Of a DNA stretch of 53,344 bases, positions 39,792-48,391 are shown piece after piece. Each line of letters opens with the position of its first letter. The first letter of the stretch is position 1. This DNA is from an uncultured Verrucomicrobiota bacterium (GTDB lineage Bacteria > Verrucomicrobiota > Verrucomicrobiia > Limisphaerales > UBA1100). Below the pieces are notes generated by a model. It ran no database searches and was not told the DNA's origin. It saw only the letters and a list, made by a program, of their open reading frames with translations. The translations under genes and the position numbers were made by a program. The stretch lies in the NCBI GenBank assembly GCA_964616045.1, contig CAZTTU010000005.1, forward strand, positions 1-53,344, given 5' to 3'.

Positions 39792-40026
39792 AGGAATTGC
39801 CCAATGTAAAAAGCCTGAGAACACCGGTTTCACTTTTTGAGGAAACCGAGATGAAAAAAGCTTTTCAAGCATTGGACCCATTAGTACTGGAGGTAACGAT
39901 TCGCCCAACCCAGCACAAGGCCACATCAACTAAAACGCCTGACATCGAGGATGCGGTGAGAGGATCATAGGGCCAAACACCGAGTTTCTTTTATGTCGCT
40001 CAGTTACTAAATCAACTGGTATTGGC

Positions 40027-40644
40027 TTAGGCCAAGAGATTTCTTGTGACCTGCTCAAAGATTGGCATGACGCGGTTTTTTGCAAGATAAACCTCGTTGG
40101 GCGTGACTTCCAGCATTTCCACGATACGTGTCACGTCATGTTCCTTAATGCAGTACAAGTGGAATATCTGGTACTGCTTGGGACTGACTTTTTGTTTCAC
40201 CTTCGCCAGTGCCATTTCATTTACGCGACCAAGGTATTCCCTTTTCCAGATGTCTTCCCACTGGTTCACGGGATCCTCGATTTCCGGCAGGGCAGCCTCA
40301 TCACCCGGCTCCACTTCCCGAATGAGAGGTTGGCGGTTGGCCTTGCGGTAGTAGTTGGCGATTTGTTGCTTGGTGATGAGGCAGACCCAGTTGCGAAATT
40401 TTCCGCGGGCCGGGCGGGGTTCAAACCGGCCGATGTACTGCGATATTTTAAGGACTGTGAATTGAACAATGTCCTCGGCATCTGCATGTGACAATCCTGA
40501 TTTGCGTGCCACACTAAAAATCAATCGGGAATAAGTGTCAAAAAATTCATACCAGCTTCCCTCATTGGTGCGGGTGCGCCGCAGTCGCTCGAGCAAGGTT
40601 CGGCGGGTGTCCGACCAGCTGTTTTTTACTGATGTTGTTTCCAT
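40027..40644 (-). CDS. ECF-type RNA polymerase sigma factor (PVC, kinase-associated type)
   Basis: TRRTLLERLRR...WYEFFDTY...DAEDIVQ...GKFRNWV; region 4 VYLAKNRV. Confidence 0.88.
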   Translation of the reverse strand: METTSVKNSWSDTRRTLLERLRRTRTNEGSWYEFFDTYSRLIFSVARKSGLSHADAEDIVQFTVLKISQYIGRFEPRPARGKFRNWVCLITKQQIANYYRKANRQPLIREVEPGDEAALPEIEDPVNQWEDIWKREYLGRVNEMALAKVKQKVSPKQYQIFHLYCIKEHDVTRIVEMLEVTPNEVYLAKNRVMPIFEQVTRNLLA

Positions 40645-40650
40645 ATGTAT

Positions 40651-40675
40651 AGACACGGGAAGTAGCAGGTGTTTC
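40651..40675 (-). promoter_or_regulatory. Putative ECF-type promoter of the sigma factor gene
   Basis: GAAAC-N16-GTCT ending 6 nt before the ATG at 40644. Confidence 0.45.
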
Positions 40676-40712
40676 TGTCAAGAATTGCAAATTCCACACA
40701 AGACCATAGGGG

Positions 40713-41726
40713 CTAATCAATTTCAACAGCCTTTATGGATTGGCCTATAGGCGCATCAGTGGTTTCGGCCAAGGCTTGGTCAATCATGCGGATATATATC
40801 ATAACGAACAGAACCAAGAGAAGGGCCAGCAGCGCATAAACATATCTACCCCAACCCTGATTGCCTTGGATGACTGTGATGTCTGTCTGTTCCCGGGGCA
40901 GGATCGAGTTCAGATCCGCAAGCAGCTCCAGTCCAGATTGCTGGCGATTTTGCGCAATGGGATCAGCCGCCTTGAGGACGACTGTGTTCATGGCCTTGAA
41001 CAGGTCGGCTTCATCTGATACATCAAAAACCCAACTGGGGCATTCCGGGAAATTCGCCACCTCGTTGCCGGTAACCATTTCATAAAGAATTTTCCCCAGT
41101 CCATGGACATCCGCAGATGGATTACCCGGCCCTTCCGGGGCGATGTATCCCAAAGACCCGACATAGGTTTTTCCACCTCTAGTGGAAACAAAACCTAGGT
41201 CCGCCAGCTTCCATTTGCCGTTGATGCACAGAAAATTTTCCGGCTTCACATCGCGGTGAACCAGATTTTCAGAATGCAGATGACTCAAGGACTCGGCCGC
41301 CTCGATCCCAATCTGAATGGCTTCCCGAACAGGAATTCGCCTACCCTCATGGCTGTCGAGATATGATCGCATCGTTTTGGGCTGATAATTTGGCGCAACT
41401 TGATCACCCAAATGCAAGTCATCCGCCAAATCCATCACATAATAATAAAACCCATCCTGCTCTCGGATTCCCACATGATGGATTTCGATCAACCCCTCAT
41501 ATTTCCTGGAAAAGGGCGCGTAATGCTGGAGGCCATGATACTCTGCCTGATAGGATTCCAGTGAGCTTGAATTCTCATGCCGAATGATCTTGATGGCGCG
41601 ATGAAGCCCGAGGACATCCCGACCCATCCAAATCTGCCCAAAGCCGCCCTCATCAATTAAGAGGATCAACTCGTAATCTGGAATTTCCTTAGGTTGAAGG
41701 AGAACAGAAACATCTTTCTCATCCAT
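40713..41726 (-). CDS. Membrane-anchored Ser/Thr protein kinase
   Basis: GGFGQIW, AIK, HRDVKPEN, DLG, GYIAPE and DVHGLG; one C-terminal TM with a very short external tail. Confidence 0.9.
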   Translation of the reverse strand: MDEKDVSVLLQPKEIPDYELILLIDEGGFGQIWMGRDVLGLHRAIKIIRHENSSSLESYQAEYHGLQHYAPFSRKYEGLIEIHHVGIREQDGFYYYVMDLADDLHLGDQVAPNYQPKTMRSYLDSHEGRRIPVREAIQIGIEAAESLSHLHSENLVHRDVKPENFLCINGKWKLADLGFVSTRGGKTYVGSLGYIAPEGPGNPSADVHGLGKILYEMVTGNEVANFPECPSWVFDVSDEADLFKAMNTVVLKAADPIAQNRQQSGLELLADLNSILPREQTDITVIQGNQGWGRYVYALLALLLVLFVMIYIRMIDQALAETTDAPIGQSIKAVEID

Positions 41727-41882
41727 TAATCTCAATATCACCCAAACCTTCGAAAAATTCCAGTAGAATGAACGATCAATAAATAATTCCAATCTACTGA
41801 AAGAAACCTGACCGACCGCCGGTGAGTAAGGGCATAGGCAACAACGCCATGAACCAAGGGAAAAATTATTGAAAGGATCGAA

Positions 41883-42539
41883 ATGAAGAAGCTCATCGCA
41901 ACCACCACCCTCATCGTCGCGACATTAGTCTCGGCCAATATCACAAACGCACAAGAGTTCGCCCCAAGAAAACAAGCGCAATTTCAGGCAAACGGAACCC
42001 TGAAACAGGCCGTCGACCAGATGGTTCGAAGCATCGAGCGTTCGCTAGGCATCTTCGAGGGGCTCAACCGCTCGCAACAAGAAAAGATGGCCGAGTTCGA
42101 CAAAATTCTTGCGCAGATTAATTACGGCATCAAGATCACCACAGCCGACGGGTCATTGGCCAAGAAAATCTCCCGTGCCGTCAGCCTCGCCAACCAGCAG
42201 GCCGAGTGGTGTGTCAAGACTGCCGACGCCAAGGACAACGACGCGCTTGCCGAGAGATATCGCCGCCTTGGGGAAGTCTCCGCCGACAAGGCCGTGCGCA
42301 TCGAGAAAAACGCTGCGCTCGTCCGCACGATGAATACCGAGCTGGCCGAACTGTTCCCGGTCATCAAGGATGAGAGGGAATTCTTCTACGCCGCCCAAGT
42401 CGTCGGCGACCTCGCCACCGCCAACGAGTCCCTCAAGGACGTTCATCAAGACATGAAAAAAGTCATCAACATCCTCAAGCGCCTCGGCGGCATCGGTGAT
42501 GAATTCAACGCCCCCGCTCCGGTCTTCGCCAAACGATAA
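41883..42539 (+). CDS. Secreted helical/coiled-coil hypothetical protein
   Basis: Signal peptide MKKLIATTTLIVATLVSANITNA; RBS-like AAGGA; followed by a terminator. Confidence 0.8.
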   Translation: MKKLIATTTLIVATLVSANITNAQEFAPRKQAQFQANGTLKQAVDQMVRSIERSLGIFEGLNRSQQEKMAEFDKILAQINYGIKITTADGSLAKKISRAVSLANQQAEWCVKTADAKDNDALAERYRRLGEVSADKAVRIEKNAALVRTMNTELAELFPVIKDEREFFYAAQVVGDLATANESLKDVHQDMKKVINILKRLGGIGDEFNAPAPVFAKR

Positions 42540-42544
42540 ATATC

Positions 42545-42582
42545 AAAAAAAACAACCAACCCCGGGGTTGGTTGTTTTTTTT
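42545..42582. terminator. Bidirectional intrinsic terminator
   Basis: Perfect inverted repeat A8-CAACCAACCCCGGGGTTGGTTG-T8. Confidence 0.85.
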
Positions 42583-42772
42583 GAGTGAGGAAACTGATCT
42601 CCAGCGGTAAAATATCACCAGCCAAGGACTCACAGGAAAACCCTGATTTTACTCTTGAACAGCTTGCGGTTACAAATGTCCACGAATAGTTTGAGGTTCA
42701 TGCCGCTTTTGTTGTGGTAATAGATCGGGTTTGCGACGGTGCGTCAGCTGGTGTGCAACGATGTGCTTGGTG

Positions 42773-43432
42773 CTATTTATTTCCGGCGACGGTATCGGCA
42801 AAAAAAAGTTTGAAGATAAAACTTCCGTTGTCGGATCGAATCCCAACGGGGCCCTTGATGTCGGAGATGTGTTTAGCGTCAATCTTGCCCGCCCAAACCC
42901 TGCGCCCGTCAATGGTTACGGTGCAGGTATATCGTCCATCTGTTTCGGTGACCATCGCACCCAGGCGATGTGCCTTATGGGTTGCGGCTGTAATGCCAAG
43001 AGGTTTCAAGGGGACCCGGCCTAGTTGTAGGTAGCCGCGAGATTGACATTCCTTGTATTTTGACTTCCCGGGATTTCGCTTGATGGCGATGTAAATCTCT
43101 TCCGTGGGTTTGATTCGCCACATGACATACAACAAATTGCAGGTATTCATCGCCCGCATTTTCAGACCGATCTGCCGCACGAAAGAGCCAGAATCCAGTA
43201 ATGAAATTTTTTCTGAGGGGCCCCGATAGCGGAACTGCAGGACTGCGCTGGAATGCTCACCCGAGGTGCGGACGGCACGTTCTTTGGGCCCCACGACGGT
43301 GAGGTAACCCGACTTCGTCTGTGAGATGCGACCTAGGCTAACACGGAGATCGGAGCGAGGAGTATCGATGAGTTCCCCTGCGATGAGGGAACCCGGGAGA
43401 ACAAGGAGGATGAAGCATATAAAAATTCTCAT
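42773..43432 (-). CDS. Secreted beta-rich hypothetical protein (possibly ConA/laminin-G-like fold)
   Basis: Likely start MRIFICFILLVLPGSLIA (signal peptide); VTIDGRRV...GPVGIRSDN C-terminus. Confidence 0.65.
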   Translation of the reverse strand: MRIFICFILLVLPGSLIAGELIDTPRSDLRVSLGRISQTKSGYLTVVGPKERAVRTSGEHSSAVLQFRYRGPSEKISLLDSGSFVRQIGLKMRAMNTCNLLYVMWRIKPTEEIYIAIKRNPGKSKYKECQSRGYLQLGRVPLKPLGITAATHKAHRLGAMVTETDGRYTCTVTIDGRRVWAGKIDAKHISDIKGPVGIRSDNGSFIFKLFFADTVAGNK

Positions 43433-43635
43433 TCGCGGCCTTGTTACTCGCCACATCCTATGCCTACCGCCACACCTACTCAAGGACTGAACTTGGGGGA
43501 GCCATCCATGAATCGTTTCCATTTGATGATGGCTCCGGCACGAATTTGGGTGGGCTCCTTGCTCGCAATGTTTGCAGCCATTTATTTGGGAGAAATTCGG
43601 GTTTACGGTGGCAGCTGTGGTGGTAGGGTTGGCGC

Positions 43636-44139
43636 ATGAAGAATACAATTCTGATACTTGTTGTTGGTTTGGCTATGGGTGTTGTAGCGGCTGGTAAAGA
43701 TGCGGAAAAAAACAGCCCCCAATTTACCAAAAGCCACTTGGCAAAAGCCAAGGAGTATTACGAATTGGTTAACTCAACTCCTGAAGATGAAAAGCTGCTG
43801 AAGGATATGGTGATTACAATGATCGAACCGTTGCTCGCACCATTTCGTAAATTCCCTCCCGATCAATACAACCAAATTAAAATGGCCTATACGAATTGGA
43901 TGTTTCGTATGTTCAAAGATCCGGAGTGGGCTCTTAAGGTACAGCTAGAGACGGCTAAGAATTTCACCGAAGAAGAATTGGAAGGGTTAATCAAATTCAA
44001 TAAAACTCCTCTCGGGAGAAAGGCAGTGAAGACGCTGCCTGCCTTGATGCGAAATTACCAACGAATAGGGAAACAATGGGGGACAGAACACGCGCCCGAA
44101 CTTCAGAAAGAGATCGAGCGCATCTTGAAGGGGGCATAA
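43636..44139 (+). CDS. DUF2059-domain secreted protein
   Basis: Signal peptide; AKNFTEEELEGLIKFNKTPLGRK...LPALM. Confidence 0.8.
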   Translation: MKNTILILVVGLAMGVVAAGKDAEKNSPQFTKSHLAKAKEYYELVNSTPEDEKLLKDMVITMIEPLLAPFRKFPPDQYNQIKMAYTNWMFRMFKDPEWALKVQLETAKNFTEEELEGLIKFNKTPLGRKAVKTLPALMRNYQRIGKQWGTEHAPELQKEIERILKGA

Positions 44140-44375
44140 TCAAAGGACGACAAACTCACGGGATTTCTTCTCCACCCCCATCACCGCCACGCATCCACAA
44201 ACCCGCCATCCTGTTGGCGTGGAGGCATCCTGCCAAAGGCAAAACCACCATGCACTTTTAATACTGCCCCCACTACTGACACGGGGGGTTCTTCATTTAA
44301 CCGGGCTAAGGCTAATATCCTCGCCCGATGAAACTGCTTCACTGAGAAAGTTCCCCATAACTTTGGAACAAAAAA

Positions 44376-44451
44376 TGGTGGGCGATGAGGGATTCGAACC
44401 CCCGACCAACGGCGTGTAAAGCCGCTGCGCTAGCCGCTGCGCCAATCGCCC
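44376..44451 (-). tRNA. tRNA-Val (anticodon TAC)
   Basis: GGGCGATTGGCGCAGCGGCTAGCGCAGCGGCTT-TAC-ACGCCGTTGGTCGGGGGTTCGAATCCCTCATCGCCCACCA; 76 nt cloverleaf with encoded CCA. Confidence 0.96.
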
Positions 44452-44663
44452 GCGGAAAACGCCCGTCAATGAAAGGGAGGCGAATTCATTTGTCAAGAGA
44501 ACCTCCATTCCATGCAAATGAGAATCACGAAGAAAATACGTGGAATTTAACCATTCTCTTGCGTGTCACTTCTCTGGCACGGTCATGTGACAACCCATTT
44601 TGAATGAGATCGCTGTCGCTATCACTCTTTTCACAGTAAAAAATATGGCGCTGCACCAAATTT

Positions 44664-44682
44664 ATGCGTTATTTCCACGCAT
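44664..44682. promoter_or_regulatory. Palindromic upstream activator-like site, copy 1
   Basis: ATGCGT-N7-ACGCAT within a ~55 nt block that is repeated at 46412-46467. Confidence 0.6.
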
Positions 44683-44795
44683 ATACCCCCAAAATTACGC
44701 AATCTCCATTCATCATATCCATAATTTTAGGAGGATCATCAATACTTCCAACAAATATCCCTTAGTTAGATCCCATTAAGTTAGTCAATAATCTT

Positions 44796-44811
44796 CGGCA
44801 CACTACCTGCT
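44796..44811 (+). promoter_or_regulatory. Sigma54 (-24/-12) promoter, copy 1
   Basis: CGGCACACTACCTGCT: GG-N10-GC, ~90 nt upstream of the pilin-like ATG. Confidence 0.7.
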
Positions 44812-44899
44812 AGAAAGCGGTCAGACTGGAAGCTCGGCTTTTTTTGATTAAAAAAAGACCCGACATCCCTGATAAATGACCCTAACCAGTTAAAAAACC

Positions 44900-45835
44900 A
44901 TGAAAAATACCAAAGGATTCACGTTGATTGAGTTGCTTGTGGTAATTGCCATTATCGGCATTCTCGCAAGCATGTTACTCCCCGTCTTGGCCAAGGCCAA
45001 GAATAAGGCAAACCGCATGAAGTGCGCCAATAATCTGGGCACCATTCAAAAGGGCTTTGTTAATTACTCCACCGAGTCAGACGGCATGACTCCTTGGTGG
45101 GATACCCGTTACACGGTTGAAGGATCTGGAGGTCCGCAGCGCCAATCCAACGCGATGGGTTACTACCAATGGTGCAGCCCGTGGCGCACTTACCGCTGGA
45201 TGGCCGGTTACCCCATCCGTCAAAGCTTGACAAAATACGCCGCACTGGGATCGCCACTGGACCAGAAAGTGGTGGCCAGGCTACGTCGGCAACGCGTTAA
45301 GGAGTTTGAGGAATGGACTAGCATGGGATGGAATAGTCGTGGATACGTCCAGTATTATGAGCAGAGTTATTCCATAGCAATACAGGGCGACTTGGATTGC
45401 CCGGAGACAGTCATTGGCCTGACCCGAAATACCGTGGGGAAAAGCCCTTACTCCTACTATAACATCCAGGACAAAGTCCCGGGAATGCATAGGGGAGGAA
45501 GCCGGCGCCCTCGCAATGGTTGGTGGCCGAACCATCAGGCCACACGGGACGGGATGTACTGGGGCTGGATTGTCACCCCATCGTTCCTTGGTTGGCGTAG
45601 TAACAGGCCCGATGCAAATTTCTACGGCCCGGGCAGTGCTAACTACAGCATGACCGGCTTGGCAAAGGACCAGGGGAACTGGATAACTTCCGGTGGGGCA
45701 GTGGCTCAGGGATCAAACTCCGAACTCAACGACGCGTTGTATGGCGCGCAGGTTAAGTTTGAGGATAAAAGTGCTGACCACGGATCGGCGATGACCACCT
45801 TACCTTGCCTGACCATCATTCAGCCGAGGCAATAG
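44900..45835 (+). CDS. Prepilin-type N-terminal cleavage/methylation domain protein (311 aa)
   Basis: KG|[17 protein letters not shown] class III signal; paralog of 46649..47584. Confidence 0.9.
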   Translation: MKNTKGFTLIELLVVIAIIGILASMLLPVLAKAKNKANRMKCANNLGTIQKGFVNYSTESDGMTPWWDTRYTVEGSGGPQRQSNAMGYYQWCSPWRTYRWMAGYPIRQSLTKYAALGSPLDQKVVARLRRQRVKEFEEWTSMGWNSRGYVQYYEQSYSIAIQGDLDCPETVIGLTRNTVGKSPYSYYNIQDKVPGMHRGGSRRPRNGWWPNHQATRDGMYWGWIVTPSFLGWRSNRPDANFYGPGSANYSMTGLAKDQGNWITSGGAVAQGSNSELNDALYGAQVKFEDKSADHGSAMTTLPCLTIIQPRQ

Positions 45836-45870
45836 CCGCCGCAAATCAATAAATATATATAATCGGATTA

Positions 45871-45905
45871 GGGGGTGCCGGCGTAAAACCCGGCACTCTC
45901 TTTTT
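45871..45905 (+). terminator. Intrinsic terminator
   Basis: GGGGTGCCGG...CCGGCACTCT followed by a T-tract. Confidence 0.7.
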
Positions 45906-46039
45906 GTCGCCCCCCTTTTTCAGCCTACAGGTTTTAGCGTGCCGCTGCGATAGGGAATAAACACACCGAAGCAAATACACCGACCGGTGTATTTACGGAG
46001 GTTCCTGGCAGACTAAAACTGTTTAACCCTTGAGCTGGG

Positions 46040-46261
46040 TCAGTCTTTCTTCTCCTCCTCACCAAAGCCAAACTTCCCACTTGGGTCGGTGGTGCCCTTG
46101 AGGGCATCGTCCGGGTCGCCTGGGTCCGGGGCAAGCTCCTTTTGCTTGGCCTCGTTGGCCGCCGCATCCGGATCCTCCGGCACTCCCGAGGAGCATCCCA
46201 CAAATCCAAAGGGACTAACTGCGAATGCACATACCGCCAATAAAACTAATGCTCTCTTCAT
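46040..46261 (-). CDS. Small acidic lipoprotein, copy 1
   Basis: Signal peptide II ending FGFVG|C; EDPDAAAN motif shared with 47730..47978; RBS-like AGGAGAAGG upstream. Confidence 0.8.
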   Translation of the reverse strand: MKRALVLLAVCAFAVSPFGFVGCSSGVPEDPDAAANEAKQKELAPDPGDPDDALKGTTDPSGKFGFGEEEKKD

Positions 46262-46428
46262 ATTTATCTTTCCTTCTCCTTGGGGCTCTCTTCAAACCCC
46301 TTTGCCCCAAACGATATATATTATGTTGTTTCACATCAAGGGCTTAAATATACCATCAAACGCTCAGCGTTGCCTTTGCATTTCCCCTGATGTCCGGGAA
46401 GCGTAAAAAGTGTCGCTACGCCAAATTC

Positions 46429-46447
46429 ATGCGTTATTTTCACGCAT
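46429..46447. promoter_or_regulatory. Palindromic upstream activator-like site, copy 2
   Basis: ATGCGT-tattttc-ACGCAT. Confidence 0.6.
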
Positions 46448-46548
46448 ATTTTCCTGATTTTGCGCAACTTTATTCACAAAACATCTGTGCGTGGGCCTAA
46501 AAAACAATAATCCCCCCAATAAATCTAATTTTTTGTCGCTTACTTTTT

Positions 46549-46564
46549 AGGCATATATTCTGCT
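46549..46564 (+). promoter_or_regulatory. Sigma54 (-24/-12) promoter, copy 2
   Basis: AGGCATATATTCTGCT: GG-N10-GC, ~85 nt upstream of the ATG. Confidence 0.68.
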
Positions 46565-46648
46565 AAAGTAACGGCACGGTAATCTCGGTGCCTGTTTTTT
46601 CAGCAGACCGACAACCCTGTAAACCCAGTAAAAAAAGGCAAACAAATC

Positions 46649-47584
46649 ATGAAAACAAACAAAGGATTCACACTCATTGAGCTGCTGGTAGTGATTGCCA
46701 TTATCGGCATTCTCGCAAGCATGCTGCTCCCTGTCCTGGCCAAGGCCAAGAACAAGGCAAACCGGATGAAGTGCTCCAATAACTTGAAGACCATCCACTC
46801 CGCCTACAATTCCTATTCCACGGAAGCTCAAGGCGCAACGGCGCACTTGGATTCGCAATACGCACCCCGGTGGGGTAATCCACAACCCAGGCCCGAAACC
46901 CTTCGAGCGCGGGCAATGGGTTACTCCAACTGGAATCATATGCAGAGGGGCTACCGCTGGATGAACGGCTATCCGATCCGGCAGGGCCTTGCCACGTATA
47001 CCACGATGGCTTCGCCACTGGATCAAAAGACGATTGCCCGGCAACGCGCATACAACAGAACGATAAACGGCGGACGCGTTTTGATGAATTCCTTCGATCA
47101 GTGGGGTAAAGAATGGAATCCAGGTCGGGATTGGGCATGCTCAGTGCCTTACTACCTTCAAAGCTACGCCATTGCCATGCAGGGAGACCTTGACGTGCAG
47201 GACACGGTTCTAGGCCTCACCCGCAATGTGTCTGGTGGCAGTCACGTGGACTACTACGCCCAGTATGGTGGATATACAGACAAGAACCGTTGGTTGTTCC
47301 CGCATTATCCATTCCCCTACACCTGGCACAACTACCGCACGCACCTTACCGGAACCGTCAACAATCACACCGTTGGCTTCTATGGCCCCGGCAGCATGCA
47401 ATACAGCATGACCGGCATGGCCAAGGATCAAGCCAACTGGGTGACCGGTGGTGGCGCCGTACTGCAAGGTTCATCGAGCGAGTTCAATGACCAGTTGAAA
47501 ATGGCCGACAGGACCTTCAATGAAGGCTCTGCAGCGACAACTGCGCCCTGCCTCACGATCCTGCGCCCCTACCAGAATAGGTAG
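46649..47584 (+). CDS. Prepilin-type N-terminal cleavage/methylation domain protein (311 aa)
   Basis: Residues 5-42 are identical to those of 44900..45835; shared SPLDQK, QSY.IA.QGDLD, GLTRN and FYGPGS..YSMTG motifs. Confidence 0.9.
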   Translation: MKTNKGFTLIELLVVIAIIGILASMLLPVLAKAKNKANRMKCSNNLKTIHSAYNSYSTEAQGATAHLDSQYAPRWGNPQPRPETLRARAMGYSNWNHMQRGYRWMNGYPIRQGLATYTTMASPLDQKTIARQRAYNRTINGGRVLMNSFDQWGKEWNPGRDWACSVPYYLQSYAIAMQGDLDVQDTVLGLTRNVSGGSHVDYYAQYGGYTDKNRWLFPHYPFPYTWHNYRTHLTGTVNNHTVGFYGPGSMQYSMTGMAKDQANWVTGGGAVLQGSSSEFNDQLKMADRTFNEGSAATTAPCLTILRPYQNR

Positions 47585-47610
47585 TGGGCCTGGTTTGTGC
47601 GACTCTCAAG

Positions 47611-47644
47611 GAAGCACCGACGAAAGTCGGTGCTTCTTTTTTTG
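47611..47644 (+). terminator. Intrinsic terminator
   Basis: GAAGCACCGAC-GAAA-GTCGGTGCTTC followed by a T-tract. Confidence 0.85.
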
Positions 47645-47674
47645 TGCCTGAACCTAACCCCCCCAACCAGAAAT

Positions 47675-47706
47675 AAAAAAACCGCCCATCCAAAGGATGT
47701 GCGGTT
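47675..47706 (-). terminator. Intrinsic terminator of the minus-strand lipoprotein operon
   Basis: AACCGC.CATCC/GGATG.GCGGTT stem with a T-tract on the minus strand. Confidence 0.7.
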
Positions 47707-47729
47707 AAAAAGAAGGTTAACGAATACGG

Positions 47730-47978
47730 CTATTCACCCTCATCACCCTCATCATCCGGGTCATCCGGGTCTTTTTTAGGTGCGAATGCCTTCTCACCAT
47801 CTCCTTCGCCATCATTGGCATCCTTATCCGGATCGTCAGTATCCGATGTGGTATCGATTTCCTTGGCTGCATTTGCAGCGGCATCCGGATCCTCAGCAAC
47901 TTCGCCTGAGCAGCCAACGAAACCGAAAGAACCGGCCATAAATGCAACCGTAGTCAGTAATAGTATTATTTTTTTCAT
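47730..47978 (-). CDS. Small acidic lipoprotein, copy 2
   Basis: FGFVG|CSG lipobox, EDPDAAAN and a D/E/P-rich tail; ATGA overlap with the upstream gene. Confidence 0.82.
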   Translation of the reverse strand: MKKIILLLTTVAFMAGSFGFVGCSGEVAEDPDAAANAAKEIDTTSDTDDPDKDANDGEGDGEKAFAPKKDPDDPDDEGDEGE

Positions 47979-48391
47979 TTTTTTGGTTTATCAGGTTGTA
48001 CATTTTTACCTGAGATCATCTCGGCCTTGCATCGCTTAAACACAAGCGTGCCGCCATCGCCTCCACCCAAGCGGGTGGCGAGCTCCCAGCCATCCTGGCC
48101 GAGTTGGTTTAATTCGTTTTCCGTGGAATCAGTGGTAGCCTTGATCATCGTCACGACCTTGTATTCCCATACAGGCTTGACTGACTTGATTTCAAGCCCC
48201 TTGAAGTTATTGATGCGCGCGCCGACCTCCTGCACCTGCTCCACTGTCTCCGCCACGGTTCGTATGGTCTTTGCGACATCATCAAGTGAATCGGCGGCCG
48301 ATTCGGCAGCCTTCTCTGAATCACTTTGGGCTTTCTTTGTGCAGCCCAAGGAGAGGGAAAGAATGATCAGAGAAATAAATGTCTTCTTCAT
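47975..48391 (-). CDS. DUF4177-domain lipoprotein
   Basis: LSLG|C lipobox; WEYKVV...LNQLGQDGWELA...LVFKR. Confidence 0.82.
   Translation of the reverse strand: MKKTFISLIILSLSLGCTKKAQSDSEKAAESAADSLDDVAKTIRTVAETVEQVQEVGARINNFKGLEIKSVKPVWEYKVVTMIKATTDSTENELNQLGQDGWELATRLGGGDGGTLVFKRCKAEMISGKNVQPDKPKK

Noticed and set aside
43441-43626. SYAYRHTY...SHL resembles a tyrosine-recombinase box II remnant near the tRNA
   Set aside because: A short motif only; the spacing is imperfect and there is no LGH or catalytic Tyr. Needs tblastn to support.
44900-47584. Diversity-generating retroelement or gene-conversion cassette for the pilins
   Set aside because: No reverse transcriptase and no near-identical template repeat with adenine-specific differences. 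Both copies have their own promoter and diverge at synonymous sites.
47736-47770. Short tandem repeats (CACCCTCAT, CATCCGGGT)
   Set aside because: They only encode the low-complexity DPDDPDDEGDEGE tail; not a CRISPR array or independent repeat.
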